From: Octopus sinensis
Lineage: Eukaryota
Length of the DNA: 64,000 bases
Direction: 5' to 3'
Assembly: GCF_006345805.1 (NCBI RefSeq)
Contig: NC_042998.1
Location: 164,176,001-164,240,000, forward strand
Below are positions 51,831-64,000 of this stretch, piece after piece. Position numbers and translations under genes: made by a program. A model generated the notes under the pieces. The model worked only from the letters and a program-made list of their open reading frames with translations, had not been told where the DNA came from and searched no databases. Position 1 is the stretch's first letter. The number at the start of each line of letters is the position of its first letter.

Positions 51831-53265
51831 TGGCCAATTAAACTACTACTACTACTACTACTACTACAGATTGGCGGTCATTCTAGAATCGTGGGGAGAT
51901 ACCTTGCAGTATTCGTTCCTAGTCCTTATGTACTAGTTGAGTGAGGTCGGTAAAATATAAATATGTACTTGCCGAGTACTAATGACGATGTAAACGACTT
52001 GCACCCGCCCTTCAAAATTGCTTTTCTGGTCCCGAAATTAGAAACGTTATTATTGAAACGATAGGGTTTGATAATGAAAGGAGGAGTTTGGTTGCAACTT
52101 TTAGCTAGCAAAGTCGAGCGATCAATTTTAGACGAATGGAAAGACTGCGATTGTTTAATTTCATAACAAAAACTTCTGCTGGTGCTATTGCTATTACGTA
52201 GTTATGAACTTTACAACCTACCACCACCATCACCACCATCAACATTATCATCAGCAACTAGCCCAATTTATTAATACACTCATCTCTATACCCTGCCGCC
52301 GCCCCCTTCACCCGAATATTATAATGTATCCGTTGTGCGTACCCCATCTCTCGCCCCCCCCCCTCGCCGTACCTTGTTATTCTACGTCACAGTATGCTCG
52401 ACTACATAAAAGGCGAACACACACAGACATACACACACACACACAGACATAACACACACACACACACAGATTCATATCAATACACACTTATGCATATATT
52501 TATGAGTGCGTGTATATGAATATGAACATACAGCCTAACGGCCAAATTATTGGTTATGTGGAACACCCAGGTGGCTGCCTGTTGACCTTTGTCTTATCTA
52601 CAGTTTTGGCCTTGTTAACTACAAGCTCTGCGTTGTGATTTTTTTCTCTCTCTCTCTCTCTCTTTTTTTTGAAAGAGACACCCGCGCATGCGCCTTACTG
52701 CTCTTCTACAACACAACACACAGACATATGCGTACTGACAGTCACGCACACACACAAATATGGGTACTGACACACACACAGAATACCCGCGGCATTATAA
52801 GTGAATACAGAAACACGGTGATACGCTTGAGCAAACTTGTTATCCTTACAAGGTGTAAAGGAAGATGTGTGTATCTACAGGGCATTACAACTTCTGATTC
52901 CAGAAGCACACATACACAACACACACACACCACACACACACACGGCTATAGAAGGATTTCTTTTGACAAAAAACAGGGCTCTAATTTAATTATTTATTTT
53001 CTGAGGATCAGGGAGCTAATAGATTGAATAGTCTCTACCCCAAGTTAGTGCTTATAATAAAAACACTCCAGCCGTTTCGAACCCATATATGATCGTAGAA
53101 TCACAAAGTATGCACTTTCCGTGGATTGTAAATATTTTTTTTTTTAATGTCCTTAATAGCATGGTTCGTGTTTTCATCTGAAGAAAACGTTTTTTATAAT
53201 GATATAACGTACTCATTAATCAATAAAAATACTCGTTGGATATAGCTGTAATGGACTGACACCTA

Positions 53266-53308
<43 letters not shown>

Positions 53309-53468
53309 TGAAAGAAAGAAAATGGCGAAAGATGGATGTATGAATAATTTATTTGTATGATATAAAGATGTTGAAATAAAAAAAAATAATACAAATAAAT
53401 TACAAGTATTAAAATACAAAAAGAAAATGGGAGATGCGAAAAAGACCTACATACATGTTCCAGTTTTA

Positions 53469-53743
53469 GCTCCTAGTTGATATGCAATTCTAAGCATTTG
53501 GTCATATGCTAAGAATCGTATCATTTTTAACTATATGGGGCAGAATTTCTTCAGGGTTATTATGAGCTTATAAGTAAGGTTAACATTTTCTTGCCTACAG
53601 AATTCTGTATGCATCATTCCTAGATGTTAACCTGACTTCTTTAAGCTCATAATAACCCTGAAGAAGTTCTGCCCCATATACTTAAAAATGATACCATTCT
53701 TAGCATATAACCAAATGCTTAGAACTGCATATCAACTGGGGGC
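53469..53743. mobile_element. Foldback/MITE-like palindromic element
   Basis: Arms 53469-53586 and 53624-53743 are imperfect reverse complements. The spacer contains the perfect palindrome tacagaattctgta (53596-53609). Confidence 0.7.
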
Positions 53744-54829
53744 CACAACATATATGTAGGAGACCCCCTACTGTAAAGTGTCGTACAACACTATCGCCTA
53801 TCCTGCATATTTTAGTTCTCTTTGATATTTAACAGTTGATTGATCTTCATATATAGTTCATTCAAAAGGTGAGCTGGCAGAATCGTTAGCACGTCTTGAC
53901 GTTCTGAGTTCAAACTCCGCCGTTGCCCACTCTGCCTATCGTCTTTTATGGGTGGATAAAATAAGCACCGGTTTAGTACTGAGGTCGATGTAATCGACTT
54001 ACTCCTCCACCAAAATTGCTGGCCTTGTGCCAAAATTTGAAATCAATATATTATTCATTTTAGTTCCTGAGTGTTGTTTCTCGTCCTTCTGTCCAATCCA
54101 GATAGAATGTCTTATGTGACATAACAGTTAAATTACTAGCAAATTCCGCCGGAGAAATAGATCAAATCGTGTCTCTACTGGGAAGAAATAGCAACGAAAA
54201 TCACTCTCACATCACGCCGTGTTTTCTTAGAGGAGTGGTGGTGGTGAATACCTGGAGGGGGGGGGGGGTAGTAGGTAATCTTGGATTACTTAAATAATGC
54301 ATGAATAGAAAATAAAGATAAGTGGAATAATTAGTAACACTTGCAAGAAGTCTACTGGATTACGGGCTGACCTCAAGTTAAACAACAATCAGATCGCTGT
54401 CGATTTACAGATGTAGGCGCGCGTGCGCACGCACACACACACACACCTTTTTAAAACAATAGGTTTACCTGTGAAAGAAATGGAGGACAGGGGTATGATT
54501 AAGTGTTTCGTAGGTCTAATTTTTCATCGAAATTAGAGTTAAGGACAGTGAAATATCAGCCGATGGGGAAGGTAAAGAAGAAAATGGCGGCGGGTGAGAG
54601 TTCACGTAGATTCCTTATCTGCCAGTGACAAATTTACCGCCGCTCCTCACGCACGCAAACTAGATAGACAGAGGTCGTTGTGGTTCATAGATGTATATAG
54701 GCAGGGGAAGAGAGTAAGCACGAAGTTCGATGCCCCAAAAACTAGTCACACTCCAGTGTGAAGGGCATTGAACTTAGTGTTTATGTCCTCTTGGCTAACT
54801 CGTTTTTCCCTCTCCCTTTTACCTCCACC

Positions 54830-55010
54830 TTCTTCTTATACTACTATTATTACTACTGTTGCTACTCCTATTATTATTACTAATAATACTGCTGCTACTA
54901 CAACTACTACTACTATTATTATTATTATTATTACTGCTGCAGTCACTACACTACCACCGTTTACTACTAATACTAGGGTTGCTTCTACTAATAATAATAA
55001 TCCTTTCTAC
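54830..55010. repeat. (CTA)n/(ATT)n trinucleotide tract
   Basis: Direct reading. Confidence 0.9.
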
Positions 55011-55974
55011 TAAAGGTACAAGGCCTGAAATTTGGAGGTGGGGATTTAGTCGATTACATCGACCCCAATACGCAGCTGATACTTAATTTATCGACTCCAA
55101 AAGGAGGAAAAAGGCATAGTCGACCTCGGCGAAATTTGAACGCGGAACGTAGCGATGGGCGAAATACCGCTAAATATTTTGTCCAGAGTGCTAACGATTC
55201 TGCCAGCTCGTCTACTAATAATAATACTATTGATGCTACTAGTACTTACTACCCATACTATTGTAACTACTACTAAAGCAGCAATGTCGAGGCACAATGG
55301 CCCTGTGGTTAGGGCAGCGGACTCGCGGTCGTAAGAACGCAGTTTCGATTTCCAGACTGGGCATTGTGAGTGTTTATTGAGCAAAAACACCTAAGCTTCA
55401 CCACGACTTTCTCTCACTCTTTCTACTTCTGCCACAAAGCAGAGGAACCATGGTGTGGTAAACTTTCAGACCTTAGTCTAGATTGCGAATTCTCTGTACC
55501 CCAGGATGGTTCAGCTTTCCACCCGTTAAAAGCCACCGTTTACAGAATGAGGATAACAACGTGACTTGATAACCGCCAGTCTATCGCGTGTGGTGGGTGG
55601 ATCTTCAAGTTGCCGCACGCATTCTTAGTAGCTTAGAGTAGGCTCGAATTAGAGATTATTCTTTGTGGCTAATGGCGTGAGTCCTGATTGGAAGAAGACA
55701 ACAGCAGTAGAATCCTCCAGTTTTCTGGTATTCGTCATTTGATTTTTTTTTTAATCTATCGTCCAATTGTGTGCCTCTTTTTGTTCCTCTGGTACCTTTA
55801 GCAGTTTTCACTCAGTTATGTATTTGGGTCAAGGCTAAGGATAAGTTGCTCTCGCCTACCAGTCTTGGGGGCCATTCCTGCATCACTACCAACACCAAGA
55901 AAAAATAAAGCATGTACACTGCCCTTTTCTTCATTAAATACGTAAAAAAAAAGTTCCTTTTTGTCCCACTAGGG

Positions 55975-56311
55975 CAGCGGTTTTCAACGGAGGGGTTGTA
56001 TGATCCATGAGGGGTCCTTGTAAGACTTTTGGGAGGTCTGCGCAAACAAAATAGAAAATTGGGAGTCCACAGTAGTATTTGAAGGGTCCATGGAAAATTT
56101 TTGCTTTAGATGTATTTATCGTAAAGAAACAGCTAGGTTTCTTTCTCTAACGTTTTGCGTATTTCAACCCGTAGAAAATGTGTGAAAAACAAAATAAGAA
56201 TTTTGAAAGCAGCATCTATAAAACTAGTTTTTAAACACTGAATGGCTATGAGGGTCCACTAGAATAGAATAATAATCAAAGGGGTCCATAAATAGTAGTT
56301 GAGTACAGCTG
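55975..56311. mobile_element. hAT (Charlie-like) MITE
   Basis: Termini cagcggttttcaac / gttgagtacagctg. 8-bp TSD cactaggg (55967) vs cactcggg (56312), 7/8 match. Internal ggggtcc repeats. Confidence 0.75.
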
Positions 56312-57479
56312 CACTCGGGCGTTCTTTAACAGAGGTTTTGCTGTTGGCTCCCACGCTGACTCGTTATTCCATCACTTTCTCAGTGTTGCTGGTGCTTCTA
56401 CAATTGTGTTACGTAGTATTATACCTGAAATGCACTCAATAAGAACTCGATCCCTGCTAATCCTCTTATACTGAATTCAAAAAACTTAAATCCCAACGAT
56501 CGTACGTATAGCTGTGGTGATTGTTGTAGTTCAGCTCAGGTCAGCTCTGGTCAAATAAGACTCATGATGATATAATGAGCTGGTGCTTTCTATTAAAAAC
56601 TACTACGGTACTTTCTATTAAAAAGCATTCCGACCGCGACCATCCTGTCTTATAGCTTTTTATTTTCTTTCAGCAAAGTGTGTCGGGGGTGACAATATCC
56701 AGTACGTCCTATCTTTTTAAAAAATGAGACAGTACAGATTTGACTGTCAATTCTAGCATGTCAAAAGACCCTTGTTAAGGTTCGCTTGTATGTAAAATTA
56801 TAATCTGTTTCTGTATTAAGTATCGTATGTAGTTCACGCCACTGTTCTTGAGTTCAATCTTGTTGTGGACGTTTCATTATTCCACCCGTAATAAGGAGGC
56901 GAGCTGGCAGAATCGTTCTACGCCTGACAAAATGCTTAGCAGCATTTCGTCCGTATACGTGCTCTGAGTTCAAATCAACTTCACCTTTCATCCTTTTGGA
57001 GTAGATAAATTAAGTACCAGTTCAGCACTAGACCAGGCTTATAGAAAATTAAGTACTGGGGTCGATTCGTTCGACTAGGCGGTGCCCCAGCATGGCCGCA
57101 GTCTAATGACTGAAACAAAAGATAATAAACCCGTAATAAAAAAAAAAGAATTTCATCAAAACTTCAATTAATTAGTGATTTAATGTTCTTTTGTAAAATT
57201 CATCCCAGATTAATTTTATACATTTAATAATTAAACTTCATTTAGTTTTCGAAAACATGTGATGTCATTATATGAAATGAGTTACTACTGTGATTACAAT
57301 GCGACTTAAAATAGTTTTTAATTACTTTAACTCTTATTTATGGTATTTAAATGAAATGTAATATCTCTTGCTGCGACTTTTATTTCCGTTCACCGTAATA
57401 TATGTGAACAGATATATAAATAAAAATCTAACATAGATACATGTTTGTAATGTCGAATGAACGGGCCCTGCACTTTACA

Positions 57480-58390
57480 TGGTGCTTATTTTATCGACCC
57501 TGGAAGGATAAAAGCTGAGAATCATTGGCCGTCGTGCTAACGATTCTGTCACCTCGCCGCCTTAATAATAATAGTAATAATAATTCTAATAATAATAATA
57601 ATCCTTTCTACTATAGTCAAAAGACCTGAAATTTTAGGGGAGGGAGCCAGTCGATTACATCTACCTCAGTACTCGACTGGTATGTAATTTATCGACTCTC
57701 AAAGGATGAAAGGCCAAGTCAACCTCGGTGGAACTTGAACTCAGAGAACGTGAAGATAGACGAAATACCTATTTCTTTACTACCCACAAGGGACTAAACA
57801 CAGAGAGTACAAACAAGGACAGACAAACGGATTAAGTCGATTATATCGACCCCAGTGCGTAACTGGTACTTATTTAATCGACCCCGAAAGGATGAAAGGC
57901 AAAGTCGACCTCGGTGGAATTTGAACTCAGAACGCTGCGGCGGACGAAATACCGCAAAGCATTTCGCTCGGCGTGCTAACGTTTCTGCCAGCTCGCCGCC
58001 TTCGGCAGACTAAATACCGCTAAGTATTTCACCTGACGTGATAACGATTCTGACAGCTCGTTGCCTTAATAATTATAAGAAGAATGGTTTCAAATTTTGC
58101 CACAAGGGCAGCAGTTTTGGGGGAGGGGATTAATCGATTACATCGACATCAGTATTCAACTGGTACTTATTTTATCGACCTCGGAAGGATGAAAGGTAAA
58201 GTCGTTCTCGGCGGAATTTTGCCCGTCGTATTAAGGGCTCTGCTAAGATTGCGAGCAATTTCGAGGTAGGGAATAAGTCGAGTACATCGAGCGCAATACT
58301 TCACCGATACTTTATTTTGTCGACCCCGAATGGATGAATGGTAAAGTCGACCTCGGCGGGATTTAAACTCAGAATAATAGGCAAAATGTA
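57480..58390 (-). mobile_element. Family B SINE cluster (about 5 copies or fragments)
   Basis: Repeated central-domain and head motifs. Confidence 0.75.
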
Positions 58391-58439
58391 CTGCAATTTT
58401 AATTCAAAGCGTAAAGGGGTGACTATACAATATTTTGTC

Positions 58440-58530
58440 CGGCGAACTACTGAATTTAAGCCATTCATCGCCAAAAGAATCCCTAAGTTTCGGGGACGTA
58501 AATATACCAACACCAGTTGACACACACACA

Positions 58531-58590
<60 letters not shown>

Positions 58591-58740
58591 ATATATACGA
58601 TGGGCTTCTTTCTGTCTAGCAAATCCACTCACGAGTGTTTGGTTGGCCCAAGGCTATGGTGTAAGGTAGGATTCAGTGGGACTGAACTCGGAACCATGTG
58701 GTTTGGAAGCAAGCTTCTTTACCGCACAGCCGCGCCTGCG
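58440..58740 (-). mobile_element. Family A SINE (left boundary of the tandem duplication)
   Basis: Tail 58440-58530, (TA)n, head 58598-58740. Confidence 0.8.
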
Positions 58741-60025
58741 TCTGTATATGCATATACATTTTTTCATGATACTCAAACACATATGGTTATGAACATACGC
58801 ATGTATACACACATACGTACATAAATACATGCGCAGGAACATATTCAGAGAACCTATGAAAAGAAGGTGCAGTTAATGTATGTGATATCCTACTCCGGAA
58901 GATTTCTTGGGATATCAGAAAATGGCTTTCAGATATTGAAGACTTTCGCAGAAGGGGATGGCGACATGGAAGATACTTTGTAAGCATTGATCATACGAAA
59001 ACACCCTCTGGAGGGCTCTCTTTCTCCCTCTCCACGCGCATGCGTGTACGCTGACACACAGACACGTGCTTACAGACACGTGTACACACACATAAACACA
59101 TAACTACTCACAAACATGTACATACATACATACATACACTACACTACATGTTGCACACGATAAATTCAGCTGAGATCATCAGGCCAAGAAATTACATTTT
59201 TTTTTTAATTAACTATTTCTGTTTATCGTATGTTGTGTGTGTGTGTATATATATGTATGTATGTGTGTGTGTGTGTGTTTCCGTGACAGTCATTGACTCT
59301 CATATAAGCGTTACTAATGTTAATTAAAGATCGTGTGTGTGTATATATGTGTGTGCACGTGTGTTTCCTTTAATAAAGTCACTCGCTGGCTAATCACCAC
59401 GTCTTTCCCTTCTCTGCTGTCTCGGTTACAGCATTTCTGATCGCTGTTGTTGTTGTTGTTGTTGTTGTTACTATAGTTGCTGCTACGGCTGTTGTAGTTG
59501 TAGCAATGATGAGGACACGACGATGGTGGTAGTAGTGGTGGTGATGGTGGTGTTTGAGCGGACGGCAGTTTTTATTAGATTTCGTGGTAATGAAACAACT
59601 GATGTAACATGGTTTACAGTATAGTATTTGTTTGTGGTTGTTGTTGTTGCGATTATTTAGTCCTTTCTTTTTGTTGTTATTGTTGTTGTTCCGGGGTTTT
59701 TTTTATACTGATTTTATTTATTCTATTATATTTATAGTGTTAAGATCGATGGATGGATGTGTGTGTGTGTGTATTGTGATTCGTATGATTAACGTATCTT
59801 TTATAATTTGGTATTAATGTTTTTGGCTTGGTGGGCGGAGGGTGGGCGGAGGGGGGGGCGCAGACACATGGCTGTGTGTTTAAGAAACTCGCTTTATAAC
59901 CACGTAGTTTCGGGTTCAGTCCCGCTGCGTGACACCGTGGGCAAGTGCCTTCTACTGTAGCCTCTGGCCACCGACCGAAGCCTTGTGAGGGGATTTGGTA
60001 GACGGAAACTGAAAGAAGTTCGTCG

Positions 60026-60076
<51 letters not shown>

Positions 60077-61489
60077 CGATGGGCTTCTTTCTGTCTAGCA
60101 AATCCACTCACGAGTGTTTGGTTGGCCCAAGGCTATGGTGTAAGGTAGGATTCAGTGGGACTGAACTCGGAACCATGTGGTTTGGAAGCAAGCTTCTTTA
60201 CCGCACAGCCGCGCCTGCGTCTGTATATGCATATACATTTTTTCATGATACTTAAACACATATGGTTATGAACATACGCATGTATACACACATACGTACA
60301 TAAATACATGCGCAGGAACATATACAGAGAACCTATGAAAAGAAGGTGCAGTTAATGTATGTGATATCCTACTCCGGAAGATTTCTTGGGATATCAGAAA
60401 ATGGCTTTCAGATATTGAAGACTTTCGCAGAAGGGGATGGCGACATGGAAGATACTTTGTAAGCATGATCATACGAAAACACCCTCTGGAGGGCTCTCTT
60501 TCTCCCTCTCCACGCGCATGCGTGTACGCTGACACACAGACACGTGCTTACAGACACGTGTACACACACATAAACACATAACTACTCACAAACATGTACA
60601 TACATACATACATACATACACTACACTACATGTTGCACACGATAAATTCAGCTGAGATCATCAGGCCAAGAAATTACATTTTTTTTTAATTAACTATTTC
60701 TGTTTATCGTATGTTGTGTGTGTGTGTATATATATGTATGTATGTGTGTGTGTGTGTTTCCGTGACAGTCATTGACTCTCATATAAGCGTTACTAATGTT
60801 AATTAAAGATCGTGTGTGTGTATATATGTGTGTGCACGTGTGTTTCCTTTAATAAAGTCACTCGCTGGCTAATCACCACGTCTTTCCCTTCTCTGCTGTC
60901 TCGGTTACAGCATTTCTGATCGCTGTTGTTGTTGTTGTTGTTGTTACTATAGTTGCTGCTACGGCTGTTGTAGTTGTAGCAATGATGAGGACACGACGAT
61001 GGTGGTAGTGGTGGTGGTGATGGTGTTTGAGCGGACGGCAGTTTTTATTAGATTTCGTGGTAATGAAACAACTGATGTAACATGGTTTACAGTATAGTAT
61101 TTGTTTGTGGTTGTTGTTGTTGTTGCGATTATTTAGTCCTTTCTTTTTGTTGTTATTGTTGTTGTTCCGGGGTTTTTTTTATACTGATTTTATTTATTCT
61201 ATTATATTTATAGTGTTAAGATCGATGGATGGATGTGTGTGTGTGTGTATTGTGATTCGTATGATTAACGTATCTTTTATAATTTGGTATTAATGTTTTT
61301 GGCTTGGTGGGCGGAGGGGGGGGCGCAGACACATGGCTGTGTGTTTAAGAAACTCGCTTTATAACCACGTAGTTTCGGGTTCAGTCCCGCTGCGTGACAC
61401 CGTGGGCAAGTGCCTTCTACTGTAGCCTCTGGCCACCGACCGAAGCCTTGTGAGGGGATTTGGTAGACGGAAACTGAAAGAAGTTCGTC

Positions 61490-61490
<1 letters not shown>
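58598..61490 (+). repeat. Tandem duplication: 58598-60025 and 60077-61490 (period 1479 bp)
   Basis: Copies nearly identical, differing by a few substitutions and microsatellite/indel lengths. Confidence 0.95.
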
Positions 61491-61526
<36 letters not shown>

Positions 61527-61722
61527 TGTGTCTGTGTTTGTCCCCCCACCCCCAACATCGCTTGACAACCGTTGGTGGTGTGTTTATGTCCCCGTAACTT
61601 AGCGGTTCGGCAAAAGAAAACCGATAGAATAAGTACTAGGCTTACAAAGAATAAGTCCTGGGGGCGATTTGCTTGACTAAAGACATGGCCGCAGTCAAGT
61701 GACTGAGACGAATAAAAGAAAA
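61333..61722 (+). mobile_element. Family A SINE (right boundary of the tandem duplication)
   Basis: Head 61333-61490, (TA)n, tail to 61722. Confidence 0.85.
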
Positions 61723-61993
61723 TATAATTCCGGACCGGTCCCATTATGAATGAACATGGTCTGTTCTCTCTCTCTCTCTCTCTCTCATTCTCACACACAC
61801 ACACACACATTTTCTCATTGCAGGAAAGTCAGGCTTGAGACTGGCTTCCTTTTGTAGTAAATTTCACACTATGGTATTATTCTTTTACATGTTTCAGCCC
61901 TAAGGTTGTGACTGTGGCCATCCTGGACCACCGCAAATAATTTATCTACCACATTGTGAAATTCTTGTGAAAAATTTTCGTTTTTTAAGTTTT

Positions 61994-62463
61994 ATGAATG
62001 AGAACAGCTGCATAAAGAAGTGCTCTGCTCTAATTGTGGAGGGTATCTGTGGAAGGAGTAGAGCCAGGAAGATGTGGGACGAAGTGGAAAGAAAGGATCT
62101 TCAGATGTTGGGCCTCACTGAGGAAATGACACTGGACCGGGAGATGTAATGATTTGCTGTACCTGAAAGAACGCATCAAGCTAAGCAAAATAACTGTCTG
62201 GCGCGCATACAGGCTTGTCCTTTCAGGTGCTGGTGCCACTTAAAAAGCACCCATACCAGTGCTCCATAAACACACCCATGCCAGTGACATGTAAAAAGCA
62301 TGCAGCAATTCTGTTAAGTGGTTGGCATTAGGAAGGGCATCCAGCTGTAGAAACCATGCCACAACAAACTGTTGGAGTCTGGTCAGCTCCCTGCTAGCCA
62401 GCTCCATATCAAACCGTCCAACCCATGCCAGCATGGAGAGCAGGCGTTAAACAGTGATGATGA
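61994..62463 (+). mobile_element. RTE-clade LINE 3' end
   Basis: MNENSCIKKC..VEGICGRSRARKMWDEVERKDLQMLGLTEEMTLDREM matches the RTE ORF C-terminus. 3'UTR gtggttggcattaggaagggcatccagc...aaaccgtccaacccatgccagcatgg and (tga)n tail. Confidence 0.85.
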
Positions 62464-62536
62464 AACTTATGTTCAGGACTTAATATAACAAGTTTACCAT
62501 GTTTTTTTTTTTCTCGGAGAAATCTTGCAAGAATAT

Positions 62537-62917
62537 TCTGCTAACCAACCACATGGTTCCGGGTTCAGTCCCACTGCGTGGCATCTTGGGCAAGTGTCTT
62601 CTGCTATAGCCCCGGGCCGACCAATGCTTTGTGAGTGGATTTGGTAGACGGAAACTGAAAGAAGCCTGTCGTATATATGTATATATATATATATGTGTGT
62701 GTATATGTTTGTGTGTCTGTGTTTGTCCCCCTAGCATTGCTTGACAACCGATGCTGGTGTGTTTACGTCCCCGTCACTTAGCGGTTCGGCAAAAGAGATC
62801 GATAGAATAAGTACTGGGCTTACAAAGAATAAGTCCCGGGGTCGATTTGCTCGACTAAAGGCGGTGCTCCAGCATGGCCGCAGTCAAATGACTGAAACAA
62901 GTAAAAGAGTAAAGAGT
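62537..62917 (+). mobile_element. Young family A SINE, slightly 5'-truncated
   Basis: gctaaccaaccacatggttccgggttcagtcccactgcgtggcatcttgggcaagtg ... gagtaaagagta. Confidence 0.9.
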
Positions 62918-62933
62918 ATCAGTTGACATTTAA

Positions 62934-63153
62934 CCCTTTCATTACTGTATATATTTTGAGATGCTCTGTGTTTCTTTCAATTATTTTAAACATAACAAAG
63001 AATTTAGTAAAATAACTTAGTTATCATTAAGCTAGTGTTAGGAACGTAAATTGTGACTAATGCTTGGTGGAATATTTTAATTCAAAACTTATGAAAACAA
63101 GACATTTTACCACAGAACCAGATCCAGTTTTGGCCAGGTTAGTAACAAAAGGG
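62934..63153. mobile_element. piggyBac-type MITE
   Basis: TTAA|ccctttcattact ... agtaacaaaaggg|TTAA. Confidence 0.8.
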
Positions 63154-63824
63154 TTAAAGTCTTACTAATCTTGTGGCTGTTGTTGATGTTGGTATTTGTT
63201 TCAATATTTTTGCCTATACTAGTAGTCATTTGCTTGGCACATATTTAAATTCAATAGTTAGAATTGCAAAGTTAATTAGAATAATAATAATAATGATGAT
63301 GATGACAATGAAGAAGAGATGAAGTTTAAGAATAGATGTAGAAAAAAAAAAAGAAAACCACCCTTATGAGACCAAAAAAAGAGAAAGCTTAATTAAATCC
63401 TAGAATTCTTAAAGATCTAAGGAAATTTGTAAGATCTGGTATGAAAGCTGGTGAAAGTCTTTGCTCGGTGAAATGTGTGTTATTTCTTTGAACATCTTTG
63501 TAGTCTTTTGGGGTTTTTTTTTTCTTCCTCTCTTTTTAATCCTTCTCTTACTTCATATTTTTTTTTCTGGTAGTCCCATACCAGCATGAAGTTTTAAAAA
63601 CTTGGTTAACAATCTCTAGGAAGTTATTGTCAATTTGCTATTGACAGTATTATCGTGAACTATCTTATTACATGAAATTAGATTATAGATTTCTCGTGGC
63701 CATGTGAATCTAAACATACTAAAATGCACATGCACAAACATTGCATACTGCACTTTACATACATAGACACAAGCACATGAACACATTGGCTATAAGATAG
63801 TGTAAAATGGTTTTATATTCTTTT

Positions 63825-64000
63825 ATGCTTTTATTTGTTTCAGTCATTTGACTGCAGCCAAGCTGGAGCAAACCTTGAGGGTTTTTTTTTTTTGTTTTTT
63901 TTTTGTCAAATCAACCCCCAAAACTTTTTTAAGCCTAGTACTTGTTCTGTTTCTTTCGCCGAACCACTAAGTTACAGGGACGTAAACACCCCAACACTGG
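63825..64000 (-). mobile_element. Family A SINE tail, runs off the window
   Basis: tttatttgtttcagtcatttgactgcagcc. Confidence 0.75.

Larger units (their letters stand above)
12186..64000 (+). other. Probable large intron (>=51.8 kb, continues beyond the window)
   Basis: Follows the consensus donor. No convincing protein-like exon found downstream, and the region is filled with repeats. Confidence 0.65.

Overview
AT-rich eukaryotic DNA saturated with (TA)n/(CA)n/(TG)n microsatellites. The SINE, RTE, CR1, Penelope-like, Helitron and MITE repertoire looks like a coleoid cephalopod, most likely Octopus (recognised from memory of repeat families, not from a database search). I can support only one protein-coding exon, on the + strand. 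Its acceptor is at 9880-9881 and an ATG-depleted 5'UTR with short uORFs follows. The CDS runs from ATG 11069 to a consensus CAG|GTAAGT donor at 12185/12186 (phase 1). It encodes about 350 Ser/Thr-rich residues followed by a signal-peptide-like hydrophobic stretch. The gene cannot be named from this exon. The remaining ~52 kb appears intronic, and almost every other ORF in the track is a microsatellite or SINE artefact. Highlights: (1) a Penelope-type minimal hammerhead ribozyme with an intact catalytic core at 34725-34759 (-), plus three decayed relatives; (2) the very long N-terminal extension ahead of the signal-like segment; (3) a 1.48-kb tandem duplication with breakpoints in the (TA)n tracts of two inverted SINEs; (4) a CR1 fragment inserted into a MITE terminal repeat at a site resembling its own tail; (5) several foldback and higher-order microsatellite structures. 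Repeat boundaries are by eye and approximate (about +/-10-20 bp) unless termini are quoted.
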